From IMG/VR virus record IMGVR_UViG_3300045988_073563: 64,000 bases of DNA; one strand, given 5' to 3'. The notes below the pieces were generated by a model, which saw nothing but the letters and a program-made list of their open reading frames with translations, did not search any database and was not told the origin of the DNA. Both the position numbers and the translations under genes were made by a program. The stretch comes from a virus. This document shows, in pieces, positions 46,761 to 56,994 of the stretch (its first letter is position 1; each line of letters opens with the position of its first letter).

Positions 46761-49700
46761 ATGGCAAAAGGAATATGTCCAATTTTGAGTGACCCAAAAG
46801 TAAAAGCAGAATTTGAAGAATTAGTAGATGCATTGGGTGAAGTATAGGCTTACGCTGTGTGGGATTAGAATGGTGGGTACAGTTTAGATAAGGCTCCTAA
46901 TGGGGAGCCTTCTATACTGTTTGAAACATTATTGCAACACAATAATGGTAATAGAGTAAATGCTATATAGGCTAAAGCTAAAGTATACACAAATAGTTTT
47001 AAAGCTTGGTTTGGAGATTGGGTGAATGATCCTAAAAATTCTTCAAAAGTAGTAGACGAAAATGGCGAACCATTAATAGTATATCATGGAACCAAATAGG
47101 AATTTGAACAATTTTCCCCTGAAGAAACAGCCAGAGCAGATGTTGGTTTTTTCTTTACTTCAGATATACACTATGCTAATCAGTATGGTAAGTTTATAAT
47201 ACCTGTATATTTATCTATAAAAAATCCTTTTCAGTCACAAGAAGAATTAAATTTTGACACTGTAGAAACAATAATGACTAATGAAGATACTATACGAAAT
47301 ACGGATGGTATAATTGGTCACGATTAGAAATTAGATCTTAATCAGTCACAAGGTGTTGAGTATGTAACTTATACTAACAAATAGATAAAATCTGTAGATA
47401 ATAGTGGGTCCTTTAATCCAAATTCTGCAAATATATTTGATAGAGAAACATCTCCGTTACAACAACAAACTATTTATCAAATAGACGAAGCTATGTAGAG
47501 ATTTCGTGCTCAAAGATACGATTTTGACTCTACATTAGATTCTATAAGACAATTAATTACCAATGCTGTATAGGCTCGTATAAAAGCTATCTAGGGGCGT
47601 AATATTTAGAATAAAACTGCTTTATTAGTTCCGTTGGAACAATAGCTGGCGTCTTTAAAAAATCCCAATATTACATCATTACAAACTATAGTATTCTGTT
47701 TATATGATATAAATAGGACTATGACCGCTCCAGTTAATGCTATATTACAGGCACAGAAGAATCTTAGAGAAGGTAGAGATAGTGGGTTTAGTAATCTAGC
47801 ATTAGTTCAACTCTAGTAGGATTACTTTGGCATGTACAATAATGTGTTAGAAGAAATAGCTAAGAACATATTTGATTCGAATATATATCAAGATCTATTA
47901 GGTAAAGAGAGCTTTGACTAGTTAAAAACTATGATAAGTAATATGCGTACACAGTTTGCTGCAGCAAAACAAGGTATAACGGAACTTACTACAGATTTAG
48001 CTCAAAAGACATTACTTCAATATGGTATAAAAGATGAACTTAGCAGAACAGAACTTGAAGAATATGTTAGTTCTGAATTAATAACTACTGAAAATGACGT
48101 AACTACTTTAATGCGTTGGATCTCTGCCGGAGATAAAATGAATGATAAGGCGGCTCGTGTTATATTTGACATGGTAGCAAATGCTAATAATAGAGTAAGA
48201 TTCAATACTCATAAATTTGGTAACAGAATGCTACGTCTGTAGTAGAATGTAGCAATTGGTGAATAGATGAAATTATTTGAGTATGATTCCGATGGAAAAA
48301 AGACAGGATATTTTATTAGAGATAGAAAGTATGGAGAGTTTATGAACAACTTGGAAAATGAAAGAAAAAGATTGAAAACCAAGTATAATGTTCCGGAAGG
48401 TTAGAAGCTACCTTTAGATAAAGAAGCTCGAACTAACTTTAATAAAGAAATGAATGAATGGCTAAGTAATAATTGTGAAAGAAGATACACAAAGAAGTAT
48501 TATGACGCTTTTAATTCTTTAAGTCAAGAAGCAAGAGATGCCAGAGATGCTATCCAATTTAAGATATACAAACTCCTTGATGATGTAAGAGATAATAAAG
48601 GTAGAGTACATATGGAAAATTTGACAGAATCCCAATGGAATCAATACCTAGATTATAATACTTAGAAAAAGCAATTAATGTCTAGATACTATGAAAATGG
48701 TACTCCTAAGACAGATATGGATTTACAAATTGCATAGGAGTTAACGGATCTTAATAAAACTCTTCACGAAGGTATGCATTATGTAACCAATATGGAGAAA
48801 TTTAACGAAGCTAAGGCAGAAGCTAAAAAGAATTTAACTTCAGAAGAGTATGAAAAATGGAAAAAAAGATATACAAGAGAAGAGATAAGTGAGAAGTTTT
48901 ATAAGCAATTAGCACAGTTAAATAAAAAAACATACGGAGATGAATATGCCCAATTACAAGAAATGAGAGAAGACCTAACCAAACCTTATAGAAATGAATA
49001 TACTGGAGGTTTGGATGTTAGGAGAATGTCTTCTCAATTATTGGGTACATTAAAATCTATAGACAGATAGATGCGTAAAATCCGTAAAAATACTCCAAAA
49101 GTTAAAAAGCAACAGTAGGCTGTAGAATTCGAAGATATAGCAGAGGTAATACCGACTGAACAATATAAAATAGATAAAGCTAATGCTCTTAAACGCGGAA
49201 TAGAGTTTTATGAAGCTTGGGAACTTACGCATCATATAGTATATTATGTTGGAGATCAAGAAGTTAGAAGACCAAATTGGTATTATACTAGAGTAGTTCC
49301 AAAAGACAAAACCCTAATAAATACAGAAGCTCCAACAAGAGAATTCAGTGAGATAGATCCAAATTCTGAGTATTTTAATAATGATTTTGATACTAACATT
49401 GATGAATATTATCAGCCAAAATCGACTATCTATACCAACAAAGAGTACTATAGCCTGTTTAAACCTGTAAAAGATAAAAATGGTGAAGACGTTGCTACTA
49501 AGAATAAAGCTTTATGGGAGTTATATAAAGGATTGTTAGGTGGTATGGAAGAATCTAACGACAAAGTTACTTATCTTACAAGAAACAACCCATACAGACT
49601 TCCATAGATGAGTGGTAGCATGTATTAGTATATGAAAAATGATGGTGTTATCAAAGGATTCTTACAATAGACAAAACAAGGTATTGTAAAAGAAACTGAT

Positions 49701-51428
49701 GATGTAGGATTTGTTGATGCTCCAACAAGTAGACCAGATGGATCTGAACAAAGATTAATACCAACATATTTTATTGACCCCATTAGGAATGAAAAAGGAG
49801 AACCTGATCCAAATAGAATAACTAATGACCTTGTAGGAGCTGTTATTGCATATTATAAGATGGCTGAAAATTTCAAATAGAAAACAGAGATACAACCAGA
49901 TTTAGAAGTTATTAAAATGCAATTAGCAAATAGAACTTTTACAGGAAAACCTATAGGAGTAGATGCCACTGGTAAAAAAGTATACAAGCAAAGTAATAGA
50001 AAAGAAGGTAAGGATACTAACGTATATAAGTTTGTAAGTAAGTTTATAGACATGCAAGAGTATGGAGAAGAAGTTAAAGCTCATTTACAAAAAATAAGTA
50101 GTGATAGTAGAATAGGAAAGTTCTTTGGCTTAGCTGGAACTGAAATCAACTGGAGTAAAATAGCATTATCTGTTAAAAATTTCGGTCAATTAATAGGTTT
50201 AGGATTGAATTTAGCAGTAGGCGCTACTGGTATGGCTACAGCTTTTTTACAGCAGTTAGGATTTGTTGCTAATGGAAGATATTTTGATTTTTCTTCTTTT
50301 TCTAAAGCATATTTCAATATGGTTAGTAACATACTAGGTATAATGCATTATATGCATAGTACTACTACGGATAATAAATACGTAGCTTGTATGCAACATT
50401 TTGAAATAGGTACTGAATTCTAGAACGCTTACCGTAATTCTAACAGAATAGGTATCATAAATACTATTTCTAGAAATTGGGCTTTTGGAATTTTCTCATT
50501 TTCAGATTTCGTGATTAAAGGTACACTATTAAATTCGATTATGAATAACTATAGATACTACAATGGAAAATTCTATAATAAGGAATAGTTCATTAATATC
50601 ATAGGAAATAAAGAAGATGCTAATAATATATGGAAATCACTTCATAGCACATATGATATTATAGAAATAAAAGATGGTAATATTCATATTGAAAATAAAG
50701 CGTATGCAAAAGCATTTGCAGAAGTAGAAAATCAAATAAGTAATGCTGCTAGATCTTTAGCTGCTACTGCAGATGGACAATTAACAGAAGAACAAAAAGC
50801 ACAATTTACTAATAATGCTTTAGGTTCTATAATAATGATGTTTCGTAATTATATACCTAATCTTATTAATGAAAGAGTAACTATGAAAAAATAGTATGAC
50901 TATGATTTAGGTATGAAACGAGAAGCATTATATAGAACAGTAGGTAGAGTAATACCTATGCTAATTAGAGATTGGAACAGTAGAAAATCTTTAGATTCAT
51001 CTGATATAGGTAATCTCAAACAATTTGGCTTTGAAATGTCTACTATTATGTTATTATCAATGGTAATAAAACCATTATTAATACAAGCGGCAGATGATGA
51101 TAAAGATAGTTGGGTTATAAATTTCTTAGCTTTATTAGTTACTAGAACTGGCTTCGAGTATTCTAATCAATATAATCCTTTAGATTTGCTTAATACTTTA
51201 ACTTCTGTAAGTTCATTAATTAACATAGTTAACCCATTTACAAACATAATGTCTTTGAATGAGATGTATAATATGTTTAATGACAATAAACGTATTAAAT
51301 ATGGTCCTTACAAAGGAGATACTAAAGTAGAAAGATGGTTATGGAAAATGACTCCATTTAAAAACATTAAAGAGATTCAAGATCCAGCACTTAAAAGGAA
51401 GTATTACGAATAGTTATACAATAAATAA
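46761..51428 (+). CDS. large virion protein (1555 aa) with N-terminal ADP-ribosyltransferase-like (ART-PolyVal-type) domain
   Basis: ATG at 46761 is in frame with 47931, 48450, 48774, 49917 and 50913. Thirty in-frame TAGs, TAA at 51426-51428. Contains VVDENGEPLIVYHGTK...VGFFFTSDIHYANQYG...PVYLSIKNPF...NKQIKSVDNSGSFNP. Confidence 0.7.
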
Positions 51429-51433
51429 AAATA

Positions 51434-51457
51434 AAGGCTACCTAATAAGGTAGCCTT
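51434..51457. terminator. bidirectional hairpin terminator between the convergent late and early modules
   Basis: AAGGCTACC-taataa-GGTAGCCTT, a 9-bp perfect stem, followed by CTTT on + and by a T-run on the other strand. Confidence 0.75.
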
Positions 51458-51487
51458 CTTTGTGTATGAAAATTGGAGGTTTTCACA

Positions 51488-51958
51488 TTATTCTAGAATA
51501 GGATCTTCTAATACATCACCTACAGGAATAATCTCTTTAATTTCGTGAAAATTATTAGTAAATATAATATCACCTATATTACTATCAATTCCACTGAATA
51601 GATTCCAAATAGTCTTATAATCAGAATTAGTAAGTCCAGCAGGACCGTTACTAATAATATTATCATATCTATGTTTAATTTCATTAGGAAGTGTAAACAC
51701 AGCTATTTCATACCAAACATCGTTTATACGAATTTGTCTTAGACTATGAAAGAATTTGTTCTTTTTTAACTCGAACTCTAGATTTAATAAATCTGCAACT
51801 GTATTTTCTTTATACATTATGAATACATGATTATCAAAATATGGTTCATCAGGATATTCTGTATATACATTTATAAAGTTCTTGTTAATTAGTTTTTTGT
51901 TATCTACAATTAACTGCAGTAGACATGCAGATGCTTCATTCAAGTTCTTCAGTTCCAT
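51488..51958 (-). CDS. hypothetical protein (156 aa)
   Basis: Intact ORF with a TAA stop. Last gene of the - strand operon. Confidence 0.6.
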   Translation of the reverse strand: MELKNLNEASACLLQLIVDNKKLINKNFINVYTEYPDEPYFDNHVFIMYKENTVADLLNLEFELKKNKFFHSLRQIRINDVWYEIAVFTLPNEIKHRYDNIISNGPAGLTNSDYKTIWNLFSGIDSNIGDIIFTNNFHEIKEIIPVGDVLEDPILE

Positions 51959-52922
51959 CTTCTTCGTAATATTTACGAGTATGGTCCCAATTACCTGTCT
52001 GATAATGATATGATATTTCTGTTAATGCTTCTGCTATTAGGTCTTTGCGATCCAACAACTCTTTTTCATTTAACATATTAAAAACGCGTACTTCATTATT
52101 ACCATTACTCTGAATAGCAATAATATACGCTTCTAAATCATATTCTTCTATATCATAGCCTTCTTCCTTAAAATACCAAGTAAGAGCTAATATATAGAAT
52201 GCAATTTGTCTATAATAATCATATTCCTCTACAGAATGTTTAAAATTATAGACATCTGCTGTTGTTTTTAAGTCAATTAATGTAATCCTTCTATTACAAT
52301 GATCAATCTTAACTCTATCTAATAGTGACTTACAGGATACATTTGCTTTTTCATATTCCCAATTTATATGAAACTCATTGTTACATTCTAAACCGGGCTG
52401 GTTTGTTAGTAATTCATTTGCTTTCTTATGATTCTCTATGTTCTCCTTAATATGTTTAAGCATAGTTATATCAGCAAATGAAATTACTTTTTTGTTATTC
52501 TTTTCGAGCTTAAGGTATACAATATATTCTGCGAATGTTTCAATAATTTGCTTAGCTTCTTCTAGCTTTTTATCATCTGATTTACTATTGCTATAAGCTT
52601 TGTTATAACTTTTAAGCAATAACTTGTCAGTATCCTCTAGAGGGTTTACTACTAGTTCTTGAACATATTCTATACATAATGTTTTTTGCTGATTTACTTT
52701 AGGTACTACAAAGTCTAACACTTCATAGTTATCCCAAAATTCATCAGGTTGAAGTAGGTACATATGTATCATAGTTCCTTTATCAAGATACTTTCCACTA
52801 ATACCTTCTTCTTTACCATCAAGCATATCCTTGAGGTAACGTGGTCCCTTCTTCAAGAACCAACCTATTGCTGAATTTGATATTCGCGTGTTATCTTCAT
52901 AATACGGAATTTCTATTTTCAT
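51936..52922 (-). CDS. PD-(D/E)xK family nuclease (RecB/Cas4-like exonuclease)
   Basis: ITLIDLKTTADV (D...DxK-type) followed by RQIAFYILAL (QxxxY). TGA stop. Confidence 0.6.
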   Translation of the reverse strand: MKIEIPYYEDNTRISNSAIGWFLKKGPRYLKDMLDGKEEGISGKYLDKGTMIHMYLLQPDEFWDNYEVLDFVVPKVNQQKTLCIEYVQELVVNPLEDTDKLLLKSYNKAYSNSKSDDKKLEEAKQIIETFAEYIVYLKLEKNNKKVISFADITMLKHIKENIENHKKANELLTNQPGLECNNEFHINWEYEKANVSCKSLLDRVKIDHCNRRITLIDLKTTADVYNFKHSVEEYDYYRQIAFYILALTWYFKEEGYDIEEYDLEAYIIAIQSNGNNEVRVFNMLNEKELLDRKDLIAEALTEISYHYQTGNWDHTRKYYEEDGTEELE

Positions 52923-53821
52923 GCTGCTGTTTTTGTTTCTTCAAATACGTTACTATCTACAATGAAATCTTCTTCTATTATATTAGTGTCAGTAACAAAG
53001 TTTCCTGAAGTATCCCATTCAACTTCATCTTCCTTTACAGGAATTTCTGTACGTAGTTCTTTTAAATACTCTTGTATAATATTATCCAATTTATTTAAAG
53101 AAATTTCTACATCTTGTGTGAAATTAGATATTGTTTGTAATCGTAGAAGAATCTCATCTATGATTTCTTGTCTTTTGTCTTCAGTCATAATATCTATTGT
53201 TACTATTTTTAAGCCTTTTTTAAAGTTATACCAATCATCTAGTATAGAGCAATTATGTTGCCCTAGATGTCCGTATGATATACCATCATGCCAATGTCCA
53301 AACAAATGATGTTTGTACTTTCCATAACTATAATAATATAGTTTATCATTATAATTAGGATTATCATGAGTAAGTAGTATATCACATTTAGGTATTTTTT
53401 CGAATGGATTATCATCTATTTCATCAGTAGGATATTCAAATGCCCATCTACCTTCTTGAAACTCAATAGGTTGTATCCAAGGAGTTCCATAGAAGGTTAT
53501 ACCTTCATATGTATATGACTCATCCACTAAGAATCTTACTTTTCCATTAGTATAAAGTTCGTAGTCTTCTACAAAACTTTCCCATTCATCACCTAACTTA
53601 CTTTCTATGTAAAAGTCATGATTACCGGGCACTACTAATATTTTTTTACAAGGTAGTTTATCTACCCATTTTGCAAATCGTGTCTGCCACCACTTTAGTG
53701 AAGCATCCATAGATCTTTGTTCATTTAATGGAATTATATCTCCACAAATGCACAAAACATCACACTCAGGAATATTATTGTAAAGATTCCCGTGTATATC
53801 ACTAATTCCACATATTTTCAT
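52919..53821 (-). CDS. calcineurin-like metallophosphoesterase
   Basis: ISDIHGN, GDIIP, VPGNHD and GHWHDG motifs. Confidence 0.7.
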   Translation of the reverse strand: MKICGISDIHGNLYNNIPECDVLCICGDIIPLNEQRSMDASLKWWQTRFAKWVDKLPCKKILVVPGNHDFYIESKLGDEWESFVEDYELYTNGKVRFLVDESYTYEGITFYGTPWIQPIEFQEGRWAFEYPTDEIDDNPFEKIPKCDILLTHDNPNYNDKLYYYSYGKYKHHLFGHWHDGISYGHLGQHNCSILDDWYNFKKGLKIVTIDIMTEDKRQEIIDEILLRLQTISNFTQDVEISLNKLDNIIQEYLKELRTEIPVKEDEVEWDTSGNFVTDTNIIEEDFIVDSNVFEETKTAA

Positions 53822-53872
53822 ACTGTAGAAATTTAGTAAGTTTATAAATAAGTATTGAATAAAATAGTATCA

Positions 53873-54712
53873 TTAGATTATATCTTCATCTATTTCATCC
53901 TCATCAGAACTATTAGTTCCTGTTCTTATTACTCCATTTAAGCTAAGATTCATATCTTTAGCTAGTTTATCTAACGGAATATCTTCGAAGAGAACAACTT
54001 CATCTAAGAATGCTGAAATATTATCAAATGATTTAACTTCCATATGTTCGATGATGAAGTTCACAACTTCATCTATGTTCTTTATTCCTTTATCTTCTGC
54101 CATATAGCGTACAAATACAGAATTAGAATTTGCTTCATATTCTTTAAAATAACGAACACGTGAACAACGATCAAAGAAGTTATCATCTATTTCATCTGTT
54201 TTATTACAGGTCATCAATACTAGTTTCTTTGATGTAGCTTCTACACCATCTAAGAATCCTAACAGATCCTTAGTTTCCCACCAATAACTATTCTTCTCAA
54301 TTTCGTCAAACATAACTACTACAGGAGTAGTAAAATGTTTAAAGAAACTAGTGAGTTTATTAGCAGGATAGTCGTTTGCGACTATAATAATAGGTAAATT
54401 ACTTTCTAAGGCAATACGTTTAGAGAGCATTGTTTTGCCTGTACCTTTAGTACCAGCAAGTAATATACCTGTTGTCTTTCCAGAATTTTCGGAATTAAAA
54501 TAATTAAGTACGCGTTTGATAAATTTATTATCTTCTTCTAGTTCATATAATTTCTTTGGCATGTTCAAATCTCCATTCTCTTTGAGATAAGATCTTCCCT
54601 GCATTCTATCATACTCTAGATCGTATACTTTATTATTTATGAGCTCATAAGAAATACCTTCTAACTTAGGTTTAACTGTAATCTCATTTCCTATTTTAAT
54701 AAATTCTGCCAT
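53873..54712 (-). CDS. AAA+ ATPase
   Basis: Walker A LLAGTKGTGKTML and Walker B VVMFDEIE. Confidence 0.7.
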   Translation of the reverse strand: MAEFIKIGNEITVKPKLEGISYELINNKVYDLEYDRMQGRSYLKENGDLNMPKKLYELEEDNKFIKRVLNYFNSENSGKTTGILLAGTKGTGKTMLSKRIALESNLPIIIVANDYPANKLTSFFKHFTTPVVVMFDEIEKNSYWWETKDLLGFLDGVEATSKKLVLMTCNKTDEIDDNFFDRCSRVRYFKEYEANSNSVFVRYMAEDKGIKNIDEVVNFIIEHMEVKSFDNISAFLDEVVLFEDIPLDKLAKDMNLSLNGVIRTGTNSSDEDEIDEDII

Positions 54713-54724
54713 AACTGTAATTTT

Positions 54725-55117
54725 TTATGTTTTTAACTTGTTGACCAATTCATCAACTTGTTTTTGCGTATGTACTATATAATAATCTATATCTAGATTA
54801 TTTATATACAAATAATACTTAAAAAGTTTTTCACGCAAAGCCCATGCATCATTTGGATAGCCTTTGCATTCAATAATAAACTTATCACCTACAAAATCAG
54901 GTTTATAAGTTATTGCTCTATATTTCTTATCACCAAAAGTAAAAGCTGGAAGCAGTTCGTATCGTTGAGTTTCATACTCAGCTTTGATATTCGACTCTTC
55001 CAGCTTCTTATATGTATATGTCTCAAGTTTGCTTTTAAACTTAATACCATTATACTCATTTGGTGTTGCGTTACGAATTTTACTTTCGCTAGGTTTATTT
55101 CTTTTCCTCTACATCAT
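54725..55117 (-). CDS. DUF1064-like nuclease (Holliday-junction-resolvase-like fold), 130 aa; needs TAG read-through at codon 3
   Basis: The - strand reads ATG ATG TAG AGG AAA..., giving MM(Q)RKRNKPSESKIRNATPNEYNGIKFKSKLETYTYKKLEE...ITYKPDFVGDKFIIECKGY...KLF. TAA at 54725-54727. There is no ATG/GTG/TTG after the TAG, so it is absent from the ORF track. Confidence 0.55.
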
Positions 55118-55250
55118 TAGTAATATTAGATTTTCTGGAAATAGTTTTCCTTTTATGTCCAAAGGTAATGAAAAAATTACTATTTACTAATTTAAATGGA
55201 AAAGCTAATATATTCCACAATCCTTTAGAAACATAATTAAAGATATTCAT
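55095..55250 (-). CDS. small hydrophobic protein (51 aa)
   Basis: Its ATG overlaps the TGA of the upstream gene (ATGA). TAA at 55095-55097. Overlaps the start of the DUF1064-like gene by 23 nt in another frame. Confidence 0.35.
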   Translation of the reverse strand: MNIFNYVSKGLWNILAFPFKLVNSNFFITFGHKRKTISRKSNITNDVEEKK

Positions 55251-55819
55251 TGTTTTATGTAGTTTTTTATGAAATTTGCTAGTTTATCAATAGATACAAA
55301 ATCATAATTTGCAAAACTGCTATCAATACCGACATCTATACGAATGTGATCAGGAAGTTCTGCTGAATTTTGTAAATCTACTGAACCATGGCAATGACCA
55401 TGAAGCATTATACTACCTTTTTCAATGTGTTCCCAAGAGAACATAGGAAAATGGCACATAATTACTTCAATATCTTTTGGTAATGATGGGAACACAGTTT
55501 TCTTAAATCTCATATTCTTTATCTGAGTAATATGATTGAAGAAACATCTGTGATTATCTGATACTTTATCGTGGTTTCCTAAGATAAGTATTTTATTACC
55601 ATTTAATCTTTGGAATAATTTTCTCTTTTCATCCGCCGTTCCGAATGCAAGATCTCCTAGGATATATACAGTATCATATTTATCAATTCTACTGTTCCAC
55701 TTTTGTATCATCTTTTCTGTTACTTCTTTCATATTATTACCAAATATTTCTTTCCGTTTAGGATGAAAATCTAGTATTCTATCATGAAAGAAATGCCAAT
55801 CTGCTGTGAACCATATCAT
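55247..55819 (-). CDS. metallophosphoesterase (second copy, 190 aa)
   Basis: DWHFFH, GDLAFG, GNHD and HGHCHG motifs. Confidence 0.7.
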   Translation of the reverse strand: MIWFTADWHFFHDRILDFHPKRKEIFGNNMKEVTEKMIQKWNSRIDKYDTVYILGDLAFGTADEKRKLFQRLNGNKILILGNHDKVSDNHRCFFNHITQIKNMRFKKTVFPSLPKDIEVIMCHFPMFSWEHIEKGSIMLHGHCHGSVDLQNSAELPDHIRIDVGIDSSFANYDFVSIDKLANFIKNYIKQ

Positions 55820-56787
55820 TTGTTAATATTTTTAGTTAACCAATTTTTCACTTTATCAAATCCATTAGCTTTTATAGCATCAGACACATCTTTTGCTCTA
55901 AACTTTTTATGGATTAGCATACCTTCTAAGCCTGTTTTCTGGCTCATTTTACGGAGATATTTCACTCCAGCTTCATCTCTATCAAACAATATAATAATGC
56001 GTTTAAAACGCTTCTTAAGTTGTTCTAGAACTCTATCAGGTATGAATGTAGATTCAGATGAAGGTGAGATAGCTGGTATACCCATCTCATATAGGCACAT
56101 AACATCTTTCATACTTTTGGTTATAACAAGTATATCTCCTGTTTTAGGTAATTGTTTATAACCCTGAATGTCTAATTCAGTTAAGTTGTTACGCCATTTT
56201 GTATATTTGTCTGCATATGGTTTATATATCTTAAAGTGATTATATACCTTATATGCATACATAGGATTTTCTTCTTTGTAAACGCTTTTTACTATGCCGT
56301 TACATAGGTAGTACTTTATACTACTTACTCCAAACTTCTTTAATGTTTCTACCTGTATATTAAACTGCTTCCAGTAATTGATGTCAGTATCAGTAAATTC
56401 CTGACGTACTACACCAATTACTGTTTCAGTTGACGGTATATATTGCTTAGAGCTATCGAGATGCGTACTACTAGTAATTTTAAGTTTGTTAACTATATCA
56501 TTTAGAATATCTGAATAATTAGTTAAACCTGTTATTAAGGATACGAATTTGATAACATTACCACATTCTCCTGTACCATGATCTTTAAATAACAACTGTT
56601 TAGTCTTTCTACTATAGAAACAACCAAACGATGGTGTTTTATCTTTTCTCAATGGAGAATTATAAATCATGCCAACTTTAAAATTGCCAATATACGCTGC
56701 ATATATATCATACTCACTTACTCTAGATAGTATATAATCTAAAGTAATAGTAACTTCTTTTTTTATTTTGTTAGTATCAAAAACCAT
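55816..56787 (-). CDS. DNA primase (DnaG-like zinc-binding region plus TOPRIM)
   Basis: KDKTPSFGCFYS...GECGNVIKF resembles the DnaG EKTPSF/zinc region. ILFDRDEAG is TOPRIM-like. Confidence 0.75.
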   Translation of the reverse strand: MVFDTNKIKKEVTITLDYILSRVSEYDIYAAYIGNFKVGMIYNSPLRKDKTPSFGCFYSRKTKQLLFKDHGTGECGNVIKFVSLITGLTNYSDILNDIVNKLKITSSTHLDSSKQYIPSTETVIGVVRQEFTDTDINYWKQFNIQVETLKKFGVSSIKYYLCNGIVKSVYKEENPMYAYKVYNHFKIYKPYADKYTKWRNNLTELDIQGYKQLPKTGDILVITKSMKDVMCLYEMGIPAISPSSESTFIPDRVLEQLKKRFKRIIILFDRDEAGVKYLRKMSQKTGLEGMLIHKKFRAKDVSDAIKANGFDKVKNWLTKNINK

Positions 56788-56802
56788 ACGATATATTGTT
56801 AG

Positions 56803-56924
56803 TGGAAGCTGCAGGATTCGAACCTAAATGTTATTAAACATTTGCTCCTTAGAGCGCATCTATCAATTTTCAAACTGATCGTATTTACCTTTTCAGAGTC
56901 GTACGCCTCATATGCTAAGCTTCC
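56803..56924 (-). tRNA. tRNA-like gene A, 122 nt (non-canonical: too long, no clear D or anticodon arm)
   Basis: The - strand reads GGAAGCT-TA-...-TTAGG-TTCGAAT-CCTGC-AGCTTCC-A. Perfect 7-bp acceptor pairing and a consensus T-loop. Confidence 0.5.
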
Positions 56925-56933
56925 TTATATTAA

Positions 56934-56994
56934 ACGTAGGTTGTGTACTATTCGTAATCACTCATTTTTCATAGTGCGGTACACTAACCTACGT
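56934..56994 (-). ncRNA. long imperfect hairpin (15 bp plus 1 bulge, 30-nt loop) between the SSB gene and tRNA-like A
   Basis: On the + strand ACGTAGGTTGTGTAC (56934-56948) pairs with GTACAC-T-AACCTACGT (56979-56994). The loop contains an inner CACT/AGTG stem. Confidence 0.5.

Noticed and set aside
1-51428. Alternative reading: the fragmented + strand ORFs are pseudogenes or assembly/sequencing errors.
   Set aside because: Decay or errors would give frameshifts and a mix of TAA, TGA and TAG. Here the frame is maintained for up to 13.8 kb, every interruption is TAG, and conserved motifs continue across the TAGs.
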